Shown here: in pieces, positions 38,508-50,950 of the stretch
How positions within the stretch are numbered: the first letter of the stretch is position 1
Layout: every line of letters starts with the position of its first letter
NCBI RefSeq assembly: GCF_001194135.2
Contig: NC_068985.1
Coordinates: forward strand, 335,614 to 399,613
Direction of reading: 5' to 3'
Source: Octopus bimaculoides
Taxonomy: Eukaryota
Length of the DNA stretch: 64,000 nt
Notes under the pieces: generated by a model
Seen by the model: only the letters and a program-made list of their open reading frames with translations
Database searches by the model: none
Told to the model about the DNA's origin: nothing
Translations under genes and position numbers: made by a program

Positions 38508-39864
38508 GCATGTATATCTACTGTTAACACACACACACACACACAGAGAAAGAGAGATAGCTAGATAGATAGATAGATAGATGGATAGTTAGATATATAG
38601 ATAAATAAATAGATAGATAGATAGATAAGATGGATAGATAGATAGATAGATAGATGTACATACCTACATGCACATATCTGTAGGTATGAACGCATATAAC
38701 TTGCACATCCATAAAATACACAAATACATACATGAGCAGGTATTTATAGCTATATACACAGTGCATGACTGAATACAAAGAAAGTCTTCTTAACCAGTTC
38801 CACAGAACTTCAAAGAATATACTTGTAGCTGACATCAATGAAACTATCTCTATGGTTCCTCTGCTTCCTGTTACAATTCCCAATGCTGTGATAAAAGGAA
38901 ATTCCAATAGCGAAACTTGTTCCATTATTAAACTCAACTTTCTGCTATTAATGCAGGATTTGATCTTAAAAAGAAAGCCTCATGAGTTAAAAGGAAAACC
39001 CTGAAGCAGTAAAATCACTCAATTATTTTTTCCTTAAAGTATTTTTGACGTTAATTCATGAAATGAAAAAATAAAGCATTGACCAAAGAGAACAAACCTA
39101 TCACTGTGAAGCCCCTCGAGCATCTGACTGTTTAAGGCTTTTGTTGTATGAACATTATCATAATCAATTCATTCAGTGTTTTCTTTCCATTTCAGGTCTG
39201 TCCTTACAACTGACAGTTTAAAATGTCAAACACATCTCATATCTAAAGATTTCATTAATTCTAGATTTGCTACCTCTGCTTTACTGAATGTTAAACCTTA
39301 AATGGCATGGAAAATATTTTAATCAACAATTACAGATTCAATATTTAATTTACAATGGAAATTGCAAGTATATAATATTTTTTAATGAAAAACCTGATTA
39401 GTTTTCTGGAGCGGCAGAAAAGCAATTTATTGTATACATCTGATCTATGTGAGCAAGAAACACTGAGGTTTTATTTAGAACTGGAAATTAATAAATGAAA
39501 AAGTAAATTTTAAATGATATTCTCAGTAGAGGTCACAAATCTAAATGAGAAGTTAAATGGTTATTTTCTTCATTTTGTTTATTTGTACAAAGTTTTTTTT
39601 TAATTTGGTCATTTCTCCATGATAGCTTAGGTGGGATGAATATTTTCTCAAAACTGAATTTTTATAAATCATTAAAAAATTTCACTTTTAGACTTTTTAT
39701 ATACAACTAGCAAAGAACCTTAGTGTTGCCCAGGCATTCTGATCTATGGTCACATTGTATTATCTGTTCCTTTCTTAAGGGCAGAATCAGCACATGAGGA
39801 GCATGAAGCAAACATCTCTTCTTTATAAACATGTTTTTTAGTCATTTTCTGATGACCAATACTG

Positions 39865-40016
39865 CAGTTTCCGTCTACCAAATTCAGTCACAAGTGTGTG
39901 GTTGGTCTAGAGTTATAGTAGAAAACATTTGCCCAAGGTACCATGCAAAGGGACTGAACATGGACCCATGCAGTTGAGAAGCAAACTTCTCACTCATACA
40001 GTCACTCTTGCACCTA

Positions 40017-40017
<1 letters not shown>
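39865..40017 (-). mobile_element. tRNA-headed SINE head
   Basis: Reverse-complement match to the head at 17387-17550. Confidence 0.75.
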
Positions 40018-40073
<56 letters not shown>

Positions 40074-40505
40074 TACATTTGTTGTTTATCAAGTATTGTG
40101 TCTCACTGTGTCTCATAGTTAGCAGTTCATCAAGCAGAGATCAATGAAATAAATGCCAGATTGAAATACATATTGAGGTTAGTATGATCAAATAAATTTT
40201 TGAAGGTAATACTTTATCAGGGCAACAGTCGAAAGACTAAACCCAGTAAAATAATGTTTAAAGACTTAATGGCTTCAAATTTAAGGTAATGGATTACTAA
40301 CCACAAGACAAGGAGTTCAAAACTTTGCATTGAACTTTCACTCCACTCCATATGATAACAGTATATGTACATCTCAGTCTACTTGACTTACAACAATTAA
40401 CAATTGTAATTTGAAGTTGAATGGTTAGCAGTAAGAAAGATGTCCAGATTTCTTCAAAAATTATTGTGCAAAATATTCAGAGAAAAAATTTTTTTTTCTC
40501 ACCAC

Positions 40506-40550
<45 letters not shown>

Positions 40551-42448
40551 GTTTGTCTGTGGTAACTTGAGCTACTACAAATAGCAGCCAAATCTCTCTT
40601 AAAACACATCCTTTCATCAAAAGAAAGACAGGTTTACAGTATTTCAGGTAGAAAAAAAGAAAAAAAAACTATGCGATGGGGCTGCTACATCACTGGTAAC
40701 TCTGAGCTAAACAAAACACAGACAAACATACTTCACATTAAAAGATTATCTACTAAATAATATTGATAAAGCTGACGGTATACCTTTGAAGTTTCATTAC
40801 CTGGTAAAATTCCATGTATTTTAAACATTTTCTCATTATGCTCTATGTAAGACATAGATCATTCAGGCAGAGTTGTCTTCCTTAGCCAAAGACCTCATGA
40901 TTGTGCAATTCAACCTCGTTTTTGAGGGGTTTTTTTGTAGTAAAAAAGAGTTGTGCAAAAAAATGTACTTTATTTGGTAGCAGAAAGATTACTGAATCTT
41001 TTGATACTGTATATGTCAAAATTGACAACTCAGCTTTTGAATCCATAAGGAACATACACACAAACACACACAAACTCTGTTTTATATATTAAGATTACAC
41101 AAATAGGAAGTAAGAGTAGAAGTTTTGTTAGTCAGGCAGATTACTATTTCACATAGTCACATAGCTCATTGGGTAAACTAAAGCTTGAGTTCATGGCTAT
41201 ACCTTCTCTCAATAGAATTTAATCAATTTTGGTGAATGAAACAAGACTATGTACATTATTTGCTCACATTAGACATTGGTGGACATTCCAGTGGTTGGAA
41301 TAAAAGTTTTCTTGATTAAACAACAATCAAATTCTGGAACATGTTAAGCCTCACTGGACTAGGATACAGATGTTATGGTATGGTGATGGGGCAATTAGTC
41401 ATCTTTTGTACATGACCTCAAGTTGTATGCTCTAGATAATAAACAACTAGAAACATTGCTGCAGATAATACAAAATTTTCTAAAAGAATTTTTATCAGAT
41501 TTGGCTAAGAAAAATTTGCCACAATAACTTTGAGGATAGGAAAATTAATGAAAAGCTCTAATATTATGATCAATCAATAAAGAAACAAAATTAAATGATT
41601 ACATGAAACAAAGATTTCCATATACTTAAGAATCATTGAACCAGATGCACACAAATGAAAGAAAAGACTAAGAAAGAATAGGCCAGAGTGGGGCACAGTG
41701 AGAGAATTTTACTGCACTTTTGACTTTGAGAGAAAATACGGTTTACAAATGTTCACTACCTTTCAAAAACTGTATCAGCTGAGCAAATGACCTTTTAATG
41801 TGTTAAAAATACTATAACATATTCAGAACACTTTTTCAAGAAACCATCTCCATTCTCTGAGCATATAAAAGACAAATTTAACTGGGTCAAAACAAGTAAA
41901 CCAAAAGACGGTAAACTTGCCTCTTGTATATTTGAAAACAGACTCATACACATCAATATCCATCATTAGATATCAAAAACATCACAAATGCAACAAAAAT
42001 TTAATATATCTAGGTCAAGTGAAAGAGGATGATGGAAAACTGGCACACAATATGAAACTCAACATGAGATATTGTCTATAGTTTCTTCATGATCTGCTGC
42101 AGTGACTCTTTTCCTGATACATTTATGCAATTTGCAGTTAAGGAGAAGAAATTATTGAAATTAATCAATACTTATTTTGCCCCATTTTTTGTCATCATGT
42201 TTTGAAAGTTGAAAACTATCAAATTAGACATTAGAGTGGAAAAAAAATTGATTTGGAATCCAACAGAGAAAAGGATATTGATTGTTGAATACCAAAAATT
42301 ACTCTGATATTTTTTAGCACCCTCAATTGCAATTGGGCTGAAGCAGAGGAAAATTCTTTTGGTTTAAGAGAACCTGACACTTGACTAGGTTTTGGACTTC
42401 CTCCGCTTCAACAACAACAACTATGCTGACCAACTTTTACTCTTGCAG

Positions 42449-42509
42449 ATGATGCAACAGTTCAAAATGATGATGCAACAGTTCAAAATGATGATGCAAT
42501 ACTTGCAAT
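42449..42509 (+). CDS. Candidate 61-nt exon containing a 21-bp tandem repeat
   Basis: ctgac..caacttttactcttgcag|ATGATGCAACAGTTCAAAATG x2 ATGATGCAATACTTGCAAT|gtaagg. Frames give DDATVQNDDATVQNDDAILA or MMQQFKMMMQQFKMMMQYLQ. Confidence 0.25.
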
Positions 42510-43179
42510 GTAAGGATTTCAAACAGTTAAAGTAAAAATAACAAGAAATCAGTAATTACTCATTTTACCCCAGTTACTAATTTTGTTCTCATCTCTTCTA
42601 AAAACATGAAATTAAAACAAAGAGAATGCAGAAGAAGATAAAGAGCATCAATGAACTAACCGTCCTAGTAATAAACTGTGTTCGTAACTGAATGCTAAAT
42701 AAACTAGCAAAATCACAGTAAAAGAAAAACTGCATTTAGAATACATAATCCAAAATTTGATAAATGTATTGGTCACGTATACAAGGAAAACAGAGCCTTA
42801 CGCAACTCTGAAAAAGCATCCACTTTTATAAACTATTCCAAATATTTAGTAAAGAAGAAAAGCAAACTGATAAGAATTATGAGACATGAACAAAACAGTT
42901 CTACTGTATTTTTGTTACCAAATGCAAAACAGAGATTGAAATGAAAGATAATTGTGAGGAGCAAGGGTAGGGAGTGCAAATGTTAAAACCTAAACTAAAA
43001 GTGGGAATTTCAGAATTTTAAAAGTAGTAATAAGAAAACACCTCCATGGCCTGAAAAGATAAAAATGAACATGCAATTAGACTGAAAAATCTTGTTAATG
43101 GTTGAAAAGAGCAGGATTCTAAGTTGAAACTGAAGAATTCTTAGTTGCAGTAGAAAAACAAAATCTTCCTTCCAGAAAT

Positions 43180-43340
43180 CCGCTGATGCTGGATAGGTTA
43201 AGTAACTGAAGAATATGCAGTGGTTCAGAAGAGATAATTAATCATATCTTCTTTGGCTGTCCAATCTTAGCCAAGAATGATTCCATTGATTGGTATGGCA
43301 GATTTGGGAGCTTTCATATACTGGAAATGATGCCAGCATT
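43180..43340 (+). mobile_element. Old RLE-LINE zinc-knuckle remnant
   Basis: RICSGSEEIINHIFFGCPILAKND resembles the C-x2-C-x7-H-x4-C knuckle. The upstream A-rich 41.5-43.2 kb may be the same decayed LINE. Confidence 0.45.
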
Positions 43341-43819
43341 AAGGAATACCAACTGATAAGGTGTGTTATAAACTTGCAGCAGAAAACATCTTAAGGAAGG
43401 ACAAAGCTATCATTCTCTGGAAGATGCAAATCCACACAGACAGAGAGATCAAGAAAAGAATTGCTGACTTGCCAAAGTATCCCAACAGAAATAATTGAAA
43501 TATAGATTTGAAAATTGATATAATCAGAATGTGTGATTAAAACATAAAAGATCTCTATAATAGGAGGTGCCCTTTGGGTGATGAAAAATAGGTAAATGAA
43601 TACATGATCAAAACTTACAAGTGATAGGTAGAGTACTGTCAATAGAATAAAAGATACAAAACTCAAAACAAGGCACAAAGTCCACAAATTTACTGAACAG
43701 CAGCAGCAGCAATAATAATAATAATAATAATGAATACCCTGATGCAGTGCCAGTCAGTGGCACTCATGGCTTCTGATCTTAATTGATTGGAAGTGATATC
43801 ATGTACATGTTTTGTCTTG

Positions 43820-44420
43820 GTGTAAAAGAAGAGCTACAAAACTGTGAAATTGTATGGCATATTACCAGCCAATGTATGCCACTAGCCCAGAAGGAATAAA
43901 AGAGATGCCACAACAATATAGCCAGGCTTGTCCATTGGACACTTTGCAACAAGTATGGACTTGACAGAACAAAAAATTGGTACGGCGACAAACCTGAAGG
44001 CATTGTCGAAAATAGAAATGCAAAGATCCTGTGGGATTTTATGATTCAGTGCGACCATGAGATAGAGAATAGGAAGCCGGACATAGTCTTAATTGAGAAA
44101 GAAAACAAATTATGCTGGATCATAGACATAGCTTGCCCAGCTGACAACAAGGTGTGCAATAAGGAAGAAAGAAAAGTTGAGAGATATGACAGGTTAGCTT
44201 GGGAAGTTAAGCAGTTGTGGTCGATGAAAAAGGTGGTAGTAGTACCAATAACAGTTGGAGTCCTGGGAACAGTGAGTAAAAATCTCAAGAAGTACATGGA
44301 ACAAATAGGGGCTGCAATAAGAGTACTTGGAGAAAATAGCACTGCTTGGAACCATTTGAATACTCCAGAAGGTGCTCGAAAAATAAGAGGTGTTACCTTA
44401 GTTAACTGGTAGTGAACAAC
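43820..44420 (+). mobile_element. R4/Dong-like RLE LINE 3' end
   Basis: IVWHITSQCMPLAQKE*KRCHNNIARLVHWTLCNKYGL...ILWDFMIQCDHEIENRKPDIVLIEKENKLCWIIDIACPADNKV..KEERKVERYDRL...VPITVGVLGTV. Confidence 0.9.
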
Positions 44421-44984
44421 TGACACCGTAGTATATCTTCAGTGTTAGAAGCTGTGCAAAGGCAATGATGATAATTTTTTCTAATACAGGGACAAGGCAA
44501 GCAATTTTGAGAAAGGGTTAAGTTGGTTACATTGACACCAGTTTTTAACTGGTACTTTATTTTATCAGCTTTGAAAGGATGAAAGGCAAAGTTGACCTAA
44601 GGGTATACCTCGAAACATAAAGAACCAGAAGAAATGAAAGCAAGAGCATACAATGTATGGAAAAGAAGAAATTTAGATAGAGTGCGACAACTATCATCGT
44701 CTTTATTTTAACATCCACTTTTCCAAACTTGTACGGGTCAAATGGAATTCATTGAGGAGGTGCTCTTCTATGATCAGGTACCCTTCCTGTTGCTAGAACT
44801 TACTTATTTCCATGCAAGGTAACATTTCCCCATCACCAGACACGCTTTCACAAAAGATTAGAAACAAAAGATGCTACAAATATGACAGTGATGCTTGATT
44901 ATAGCTATCATGTAATGTTGAGACAAGGAGACACAAACAGATAAAGATAGACAGAGATAGAGAGAGAGAGATAAGGGCATGTTG

Positions 44985-45043
<59 letters not shown>

Positions 45044-46481
45044 TTTATAAAACAATTAACTTAATACTAGATATAAGGTAATAACTATAAATACACAACA
45101 GCTTCAACAACTTAAAGTGGAAGTTATATGAATGGAAGTGTTGAGGCAGAAAAATCAGGAGAGTACGGATAGCATTTCGAAGTCAGCACTCCATAGCTAA
45201 TATAGTTAGAATATATAATACTTTGCCTTACACACCAGAAATGGGGTCTGATATGACAGAAAACTGCTAGAAAACAATTTCTGAACAAAACGTACTTAAA
45301 CGCAAGTGACAGGAAGCTGAATAAGTGTAATAAGACAATGGTTTTTAAAAAAAAACCCTTTTCTCTATAGATAAGAAAATGTTAAAATATAAATTAGACA
45401 CTTACAATAAAGAAAAGATCTAGATAAGGACAAAACAACAAAAAAGGTTACAAAACAAAAGAGACAAAAATGCAGAATTCCAGAATTTATCAAACATAAA
45501 TAAATAAAGAAAGAAAGAAAGAAAGAAAGAAAGAAAAGAGAAAGAAAAAAAACTATCAAATATCTGCTATCATGCAGAATGGGTCCAGTTATTAGCTGGG
45601 TTTGTCATGAACATGAATATTGAATTCTTTGATTGGAAAGAGTGGGTAGTCTTCCTCTGGTAACTATGGCAGTGGAAATTGTATAGTGTATGTAACTGAA
45701 AGGCTTCAGAACAGTTTTTAATTAATTGGAACTCTGTTAATTAAATGATGCACACAGGAGAAGAATAGTCTGATCTTTAGTAGACAAGGTGACACTGGAA
45801 CACCCGAATAATTTACAGTTGCCTTTCTCATACATGATCTATACCTTGCTGTATACCTTAAAAACCAGGAAGGACATACTGGACAATGTAATAGAAAAGG
45901 ATGAGATATTCACAGCTTGAAAATTCTTTGATCTTTGATGATGGGGACTAATCAACAACAACAACAGATGAATTTTAGTGAATCTTCATAATGTCTTTTG
46001 AAGAAACAATAGTTTTGCAGCTATGTTATCATTCTGCTGAAAAGTTCTAAGATTTTGATAAATGGAAGTAAAATGTTTATGGCCACGACAGCCAGACATA
46101 AAGATATGTCTATTAAGATTATCCTGCATAATCACAATATTATCCTTAACTCATGCCATATCCATTACGTGGACTTTGTAATAACTGGCAGACATGCTTA
46201 GTTATCCCATCCTCTAGCTGAAAGGGAAATGGAAATAAAATTCCTTACTTATTTTCCTTTTATACCTTCTCAGAGGGGTTTTCACTGAACAATTAACATA
46301 GAGAAGGAAGGATCAAGACTGTCCCCTATTCACAAGTCTAGAAGCTCCACACTGAAACATCTTTCTTACACATTCAAGTATTATTGAACAGACATTCTTC
46401 TTTCACTCTCCACTTTACTCTTTTCTCTTTCTTGTCTGATTTTGCCTCAAGCTATGAATTACTCTTTGGCAAAACCTTCTT

Positions 46482-46512
<31 letters not shown>

Positions 46513-46646
46513 CACACACACACTTCTGATAGACAAAACTGTGTGTCATCATCTCAAGAGAAGGACTGTTACTCTGCTACTATCCTTATATGACAAAAAT
46601 ACCAGTAACACTTATCAGGTTAAATCTACAACTCTGTTACCCACCC

Positions 46647-46706
<60 letters not shown>

Positions 46707-46714
46707 CCTAACTC

Positions 46715-46870
46715 TATTCTAAAGGATATTCTCCATTGATGGTGAGGCCTTATTGAAGATAACCAATAAAAACAATGCCTTTTGCATTCCCCAAAAACTG
46801 AGGCCATCACCTTCCCTGGAGATGAAACAAACTTGGTCTTCTTTGGAGCAGTTGAGGAAGGTTGTTTCCT
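46715..46870 (-). mobile_element. Mariner transposase fragment
   Basis: APKKTKFVSSPGKVMASVF..KRH...GHTING-like segment. Confidence 0.75.
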
Positions 46871-46959
46871 GCATGGATTGTCTTTTTGTCTCTGGCTCAA
46901 TGTGATCAATCTCACACTCATCCTGGATTGAGAAATATTTAAGGAAACTTGCCTTAACA

Positions 46960-47560
46960 TCCGTTTTTCCATGCTGGCATGGGTTGGATGTTTTGACTGG
47001 AAACTGTTAAACTGGGGAGTTGCACCAGGTTCCAATCTAATTTGGCATGGTTCCTATGGCTGGATGCCCTTCCAAACACCAACCACTCCAAGAGTGTAGT
47101 GGGTGCTTTTTACGTGCCACCAGCACAGGTGCCAGTTACATGACACTGGTATCGGCCATGACTATGATTTCACTTCGCTTGACGGGTCTTCTACTCAAGC
47201 ACAATATATTGCCAGAGATCTTGGTCACTTGTCATTGCCTCCATGAAGCCCAACATTTGAGGATCATGCTTCACTACCTTGTCCCATGTCTTCCTGGGTC
47301 CTCCTCTTCCACAGGTTCCCTCCACCATTTGAGTTCAGCACTTCTTCACACAGCTGTCCTTGCTCATATATATCACATGACCAAACCAATGCAGTCATCT
47401 CTCTTGCACACCACATCTGATGCCTCTTATGCCCAACTCTTTTTTTTCAAGATGCTTATTCTCTGTTGTGCACGCACAATGACATGACATATCCAATGAA
47501 GCATACTGGCTTCATTCCTTTCAAGCCCATGCATGTCCTCAATGGTCACAGCCCATGTTT
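46960..47560 (-). mobile_element. RTE LINE 3' end with tail
   Basis: Reverse complement of an LHWFGHVIY..KDSCVKKC..VEGTCGRGGPRKTWD-like segment, followed by the module and shared tail. Confidence 0.85.
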
Positions 47561-47776
47561 CATNNNNNNNNNNNNNNNNNNNNNNNNNNNNNNNNNNNNN
47601 NNNNNNNNNNNNNNNNNNNAAAATATATAGTTTTAGGGAAAATAACCAAGTTTCAAGAACTCATCGATGAAAATCCACTATCACATATAGAAAAATTAAT
47701 AATTAAAAGCACAATAAATGAGTATAATATAAAGTAAAGTAAATATCATAATATAAATATAATATAATATAATATA

Positions 47777-47812
<36 letters not shown>

Positions 47813-47814
47813 CT

Positions 47815-47950
47815 TATAGGTTTAAGTGTGGGCGTGTGGTAAAAAGTTTGCATGGTACCTTGGGCAATGTTTTATACTATAATCCCAGGCTGACCAAAAC
47901 CTTGTGAATAAATTTGGTAGATGGAAACTGAAACAAATCCATCAAACATA
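47815..47950 (+). mobile_element. tRNA-headed SINE head (deleted)
   Basis: GGCGTGTGGTAAAAAG...CCTTGGGCAATGTTTTATACTA...TTGTGAATAAATTTGGTAGATGGAAACTG. Confidence 0.7.
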
Positions 47951-47963
47951 TGTCAGTGCATAT

Positions 47964-48007
<44 letters not shown>

Positions 48008-48445
48008 ACTCTTCTGGGAGGGCAACAGTGATAGTGTAGGAGGGGTGGGCATACTTCTTGCAGAGAAATGTGTTAATAAGGTGATTGAGGTAGACAGAGT
48101 ATGTGATAGGATACTTAAGCTTAGACTAGTTTCACAGAGTTGCACATCAAAAATCATCTCTGCCTACGCCCCACCAACTGGGCCAAATGAGCAAAAGGAC
48201 CACTTTTATGACAATCTCCTGCTGGCTACTTCAAAGACAAAGGACAATGACCGTAACTTCGTGGCTGGTGATTTCAGCAGGCGTATCAGGTGACACATGA
48301 ATGTGTTCCATGGAGCAAATGGGAGCCATGGAATTGGTTCCTGAAATAAGGAGGGAACAAAGCTATTGGAGTTCAGTGATGCAAATGACCTAATGTTCTG
48401 TAAGACCAACTTCAGGAAACCAGCCAGTCACCTCATAATCTATAA
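48008..48445 (+). mobile_element. RTE apurinic-type endonuclease remnant
   Basis: GGVGILLAEK..VIEVDRVCDRILKLRL..IISAYAP...VAGDF...NKEGTKLLEFSDANDLMFCKTNFRK. Confidence 0.88.
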
Positions 48446-48541
48446 GGTGTCGAGGTACATCAATTACCTAACACTCCAATGAATCCTCAGCATGAAACTG
48501 ATTGGTAAGATTGGCTGAAATGGATATATAATGCTGTACAC

Positions 48542-48577
<36 letters not shown>

Positions 48578-48586
48578 TAGATAGAT

Positions 48587-48615
<29 letters not shown>

Positions 48616-48617
<2 letters not shown>

Positions 48618-48853
48618 CGAGGTCTGATCAATAAGTATCCGGACTGCCATACTAATGAAGCTGAAGCCTATTAGTGAAATTGCTTGGCACAGATTGACCT
48701 TGAACTCTGTTGTGCATGCATACGAAGAACACTAAAATTTAGTGCACCTGCACAACAGAGTTCAAGGTCCATCTGTGCCAAGCAGCTACTCACTGCGTGC
48801 TTTAACTTTGTTGCTATGACAACAATCCTGATACTTATCGATTAGACCACGTA
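48616..48853. mobile_element. Mariner-type MITE, ~238 bp, TA-flanked, palindromic
   Basis: TIRs TACGAGGTCTGATCAATAAGTATCCGGA and the reverse complement of TCCTGATACTTATCGATTAGACCACGTA. Internal 35-bp inverted repeat at 48682-48716 / 48749-48783 with one mismatch. Confidence 0.9.
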
Positions 48854-48916
48854 TCATCATCACTATATATATATAACATTATATATATACATACACATAT
48901 ATACNNNNNNNNNNAT

Positions 48917-48956
<40 letters not shown>

Positions 48957-48989
48957 TTACATACATGGATTTATACAATGCATAGGAAT

Positions 48990-49390
48990 AACCACTCATG
49001 ATAAGAAGGAATGTCCCAGTGAAAACCTCAATATAATGTAAACATAATAGATCTGATACAATGATTTGGGATAGAGAAGAAAAGTTGTGTACAGTTGTGG
49101 AAATTAGCTGCTCAGTAGATCTTGATATAAAGCTAAAGACCAGTGAAAAAGAAAACACCTGCTCTGAATTATTGAGAAATCTACAATTACTCTACCCAGA
49201 TTACAAGTTCAGGTTTACACCGGTAATTATTGGGGCACTGGTATATGCAACACACTACCTAAATACCAATCTTGAGAAATTAGGTTTCTCAAAACCAGAA
49301 AGGAGAAAGCTAATTCTAAGACTACAGATCGAAGCCATTACTGGCACTGTAAAAATCTGTAAAACTTTCCAGAAGTTTATTGTTTAAATA
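48990..49390 (+). mobile_element. RLE-domain LINE 3' end (second family)
   Basis: KHNRSDTMIWDREEKLCTVVEISC..D..IKLKTSEKENT...FTPVIIGAL, a PD-(D/E)xK-type RLE C-terminus. Confidence 0.75.
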
Positions 49391-49741
49391 TATATGAACA
49401 TGTCTAGACATGAAAGTAAATGCTAGAGAATTCAAACATAAAACAAAACAAACAAATCTGCACATGCACTGATGCCAAATATTGCGCACATACATGTAAG
49501 GATATGCTAATGATGTTGTTGAAATTCCAATGAAGGAGCCTTGGATCTAGGTTAGAAAATGGTTCTTTCTCTATTGGCAAGAAATCTTGAACTAAAACTG
49601 AATAATTACATACATTTTATGTGTGTTTGTGTGTGTGAAGGCACATGGCTTATACATAAATACAAACATACATACAAATACACACACATATAGACATGCA
49701 TACAAATATACAAATAAATATATATGCAAATACATGCCCAC

Positions 49742-49774
<33 letters not shown>

Positions 49775-49777
49775 GGC

Positions 49778-49828
<51 letters not shown>

Positions 49829-50337
49829 TATACATATACGTACCTACAATACATACAAACACATACATATAGAGAGACAAGTCTTTACATCAAGATAAAT
49901 ATATACATCATAATGTATATACGCAAACAGGTATTCGAATACTATTTTTTCCGCCTTGTTTCGCATTTATGTGCTTAACTCTGGTGTGTATATATATATA
50001 TATATATTCTTATATGTATCCTTATGCAACTGGCTTCACCAAAAGCCAGCCACATAAGAATGATCATTGAAAAGGTGGTAACACTGGTGATGCACCAGCA
50101 TGGCCACAGCCTTTGGGCAGAAAAGCATTAAGGAATAAAAGAATATACATATACATACAATTCATGTGTGTGCTTGCATGTGTGGGTGTGTGGGTGTGTG
50201 TGAGGGAGCAGAGAAAAGGTGGAACGGCAGCAGAATTGAGCAGACAAAGAATGGTTGAGGGAATGAGTAAGAAGGGGACGAAGAGTGAATGTTGGAAGGT
50301 AAAAGTTGCAAGAGGGTAGGAAAGAGAGTAAGAGACT

Positions 50338-50338
<1 letters not shown>

Positions 50339-50424
<86 letters not shown>
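50339..50424. repeat. (AG)n microsatellite
   Basis: About 42 uninterrupted units. Confidence 0.95.
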
Positions 50425-50427
<3 letters not shown>

Positions 50428-50950
50428 TGGAGCTGGTCATTCTTGCTTCTAGAACATTCTTCTCCACTGCTAATTTGGTCAGTTAGGAAACAAAGACTAT
50501 TTGATACTTCTAGGGATCATCCTGGGCATTTGAGAAAAAATATACTGCTGATGTCAGTGTTTATTACTCCTGCATGTTTACCACGTACAAAGTCTACTTC
50601 CTCTGTTAGTCTGGCTACAATTTCACTGCACCTCTTGTGTATCCCCTCAGTTTATACAGGTTATACTATAAGGAATTTCTTCCTTTTTTTTAATTTTTTT
50701 GTTTTCACTACATTCCGAGTAAGGCTGTTTCATTAATGGAAGTAAGATCTGTCGGCTTCCTTATTTACAAAAAGTTTAGTCTTTGCTAAGTTAATTTGAA
50801 GGTATTTTGATTCCAAGTTTTGCTTCTATGACTGAAATTCCTTTTCTAATCCTACAACAGAATCAGCTGTAAGAATGAGGCATGTAAAAGTTCCCACAAG
50901 CATCTAGTTTTGAACTGCTTCGTTACAGTCTGCATGTCTCCAAGAAGTAG
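50425..50950 (-). mobile_element. RTE reverse transcriptase remnant
   Basis: QFKTRCLWELL..LTADSVVGLEKEFQS*KQNLESKYLQINLAKTK...LEVSNSLCFLTDQISSG. Confidence 0.75.

Noticed and set aside
38765-39004. Overlapping plus and minus ORFs in unique sequence
   Set aside because: No recognisable motif and only weak splice donors.
45578-45659. Exon-like segment WVQLLAGFVMNMNIEFFDWKEWVVFL
   Set aside because: The acceptor lacks a pyrimidine tract and no homology is recognised. Worth rechecking only with RNA-seq.
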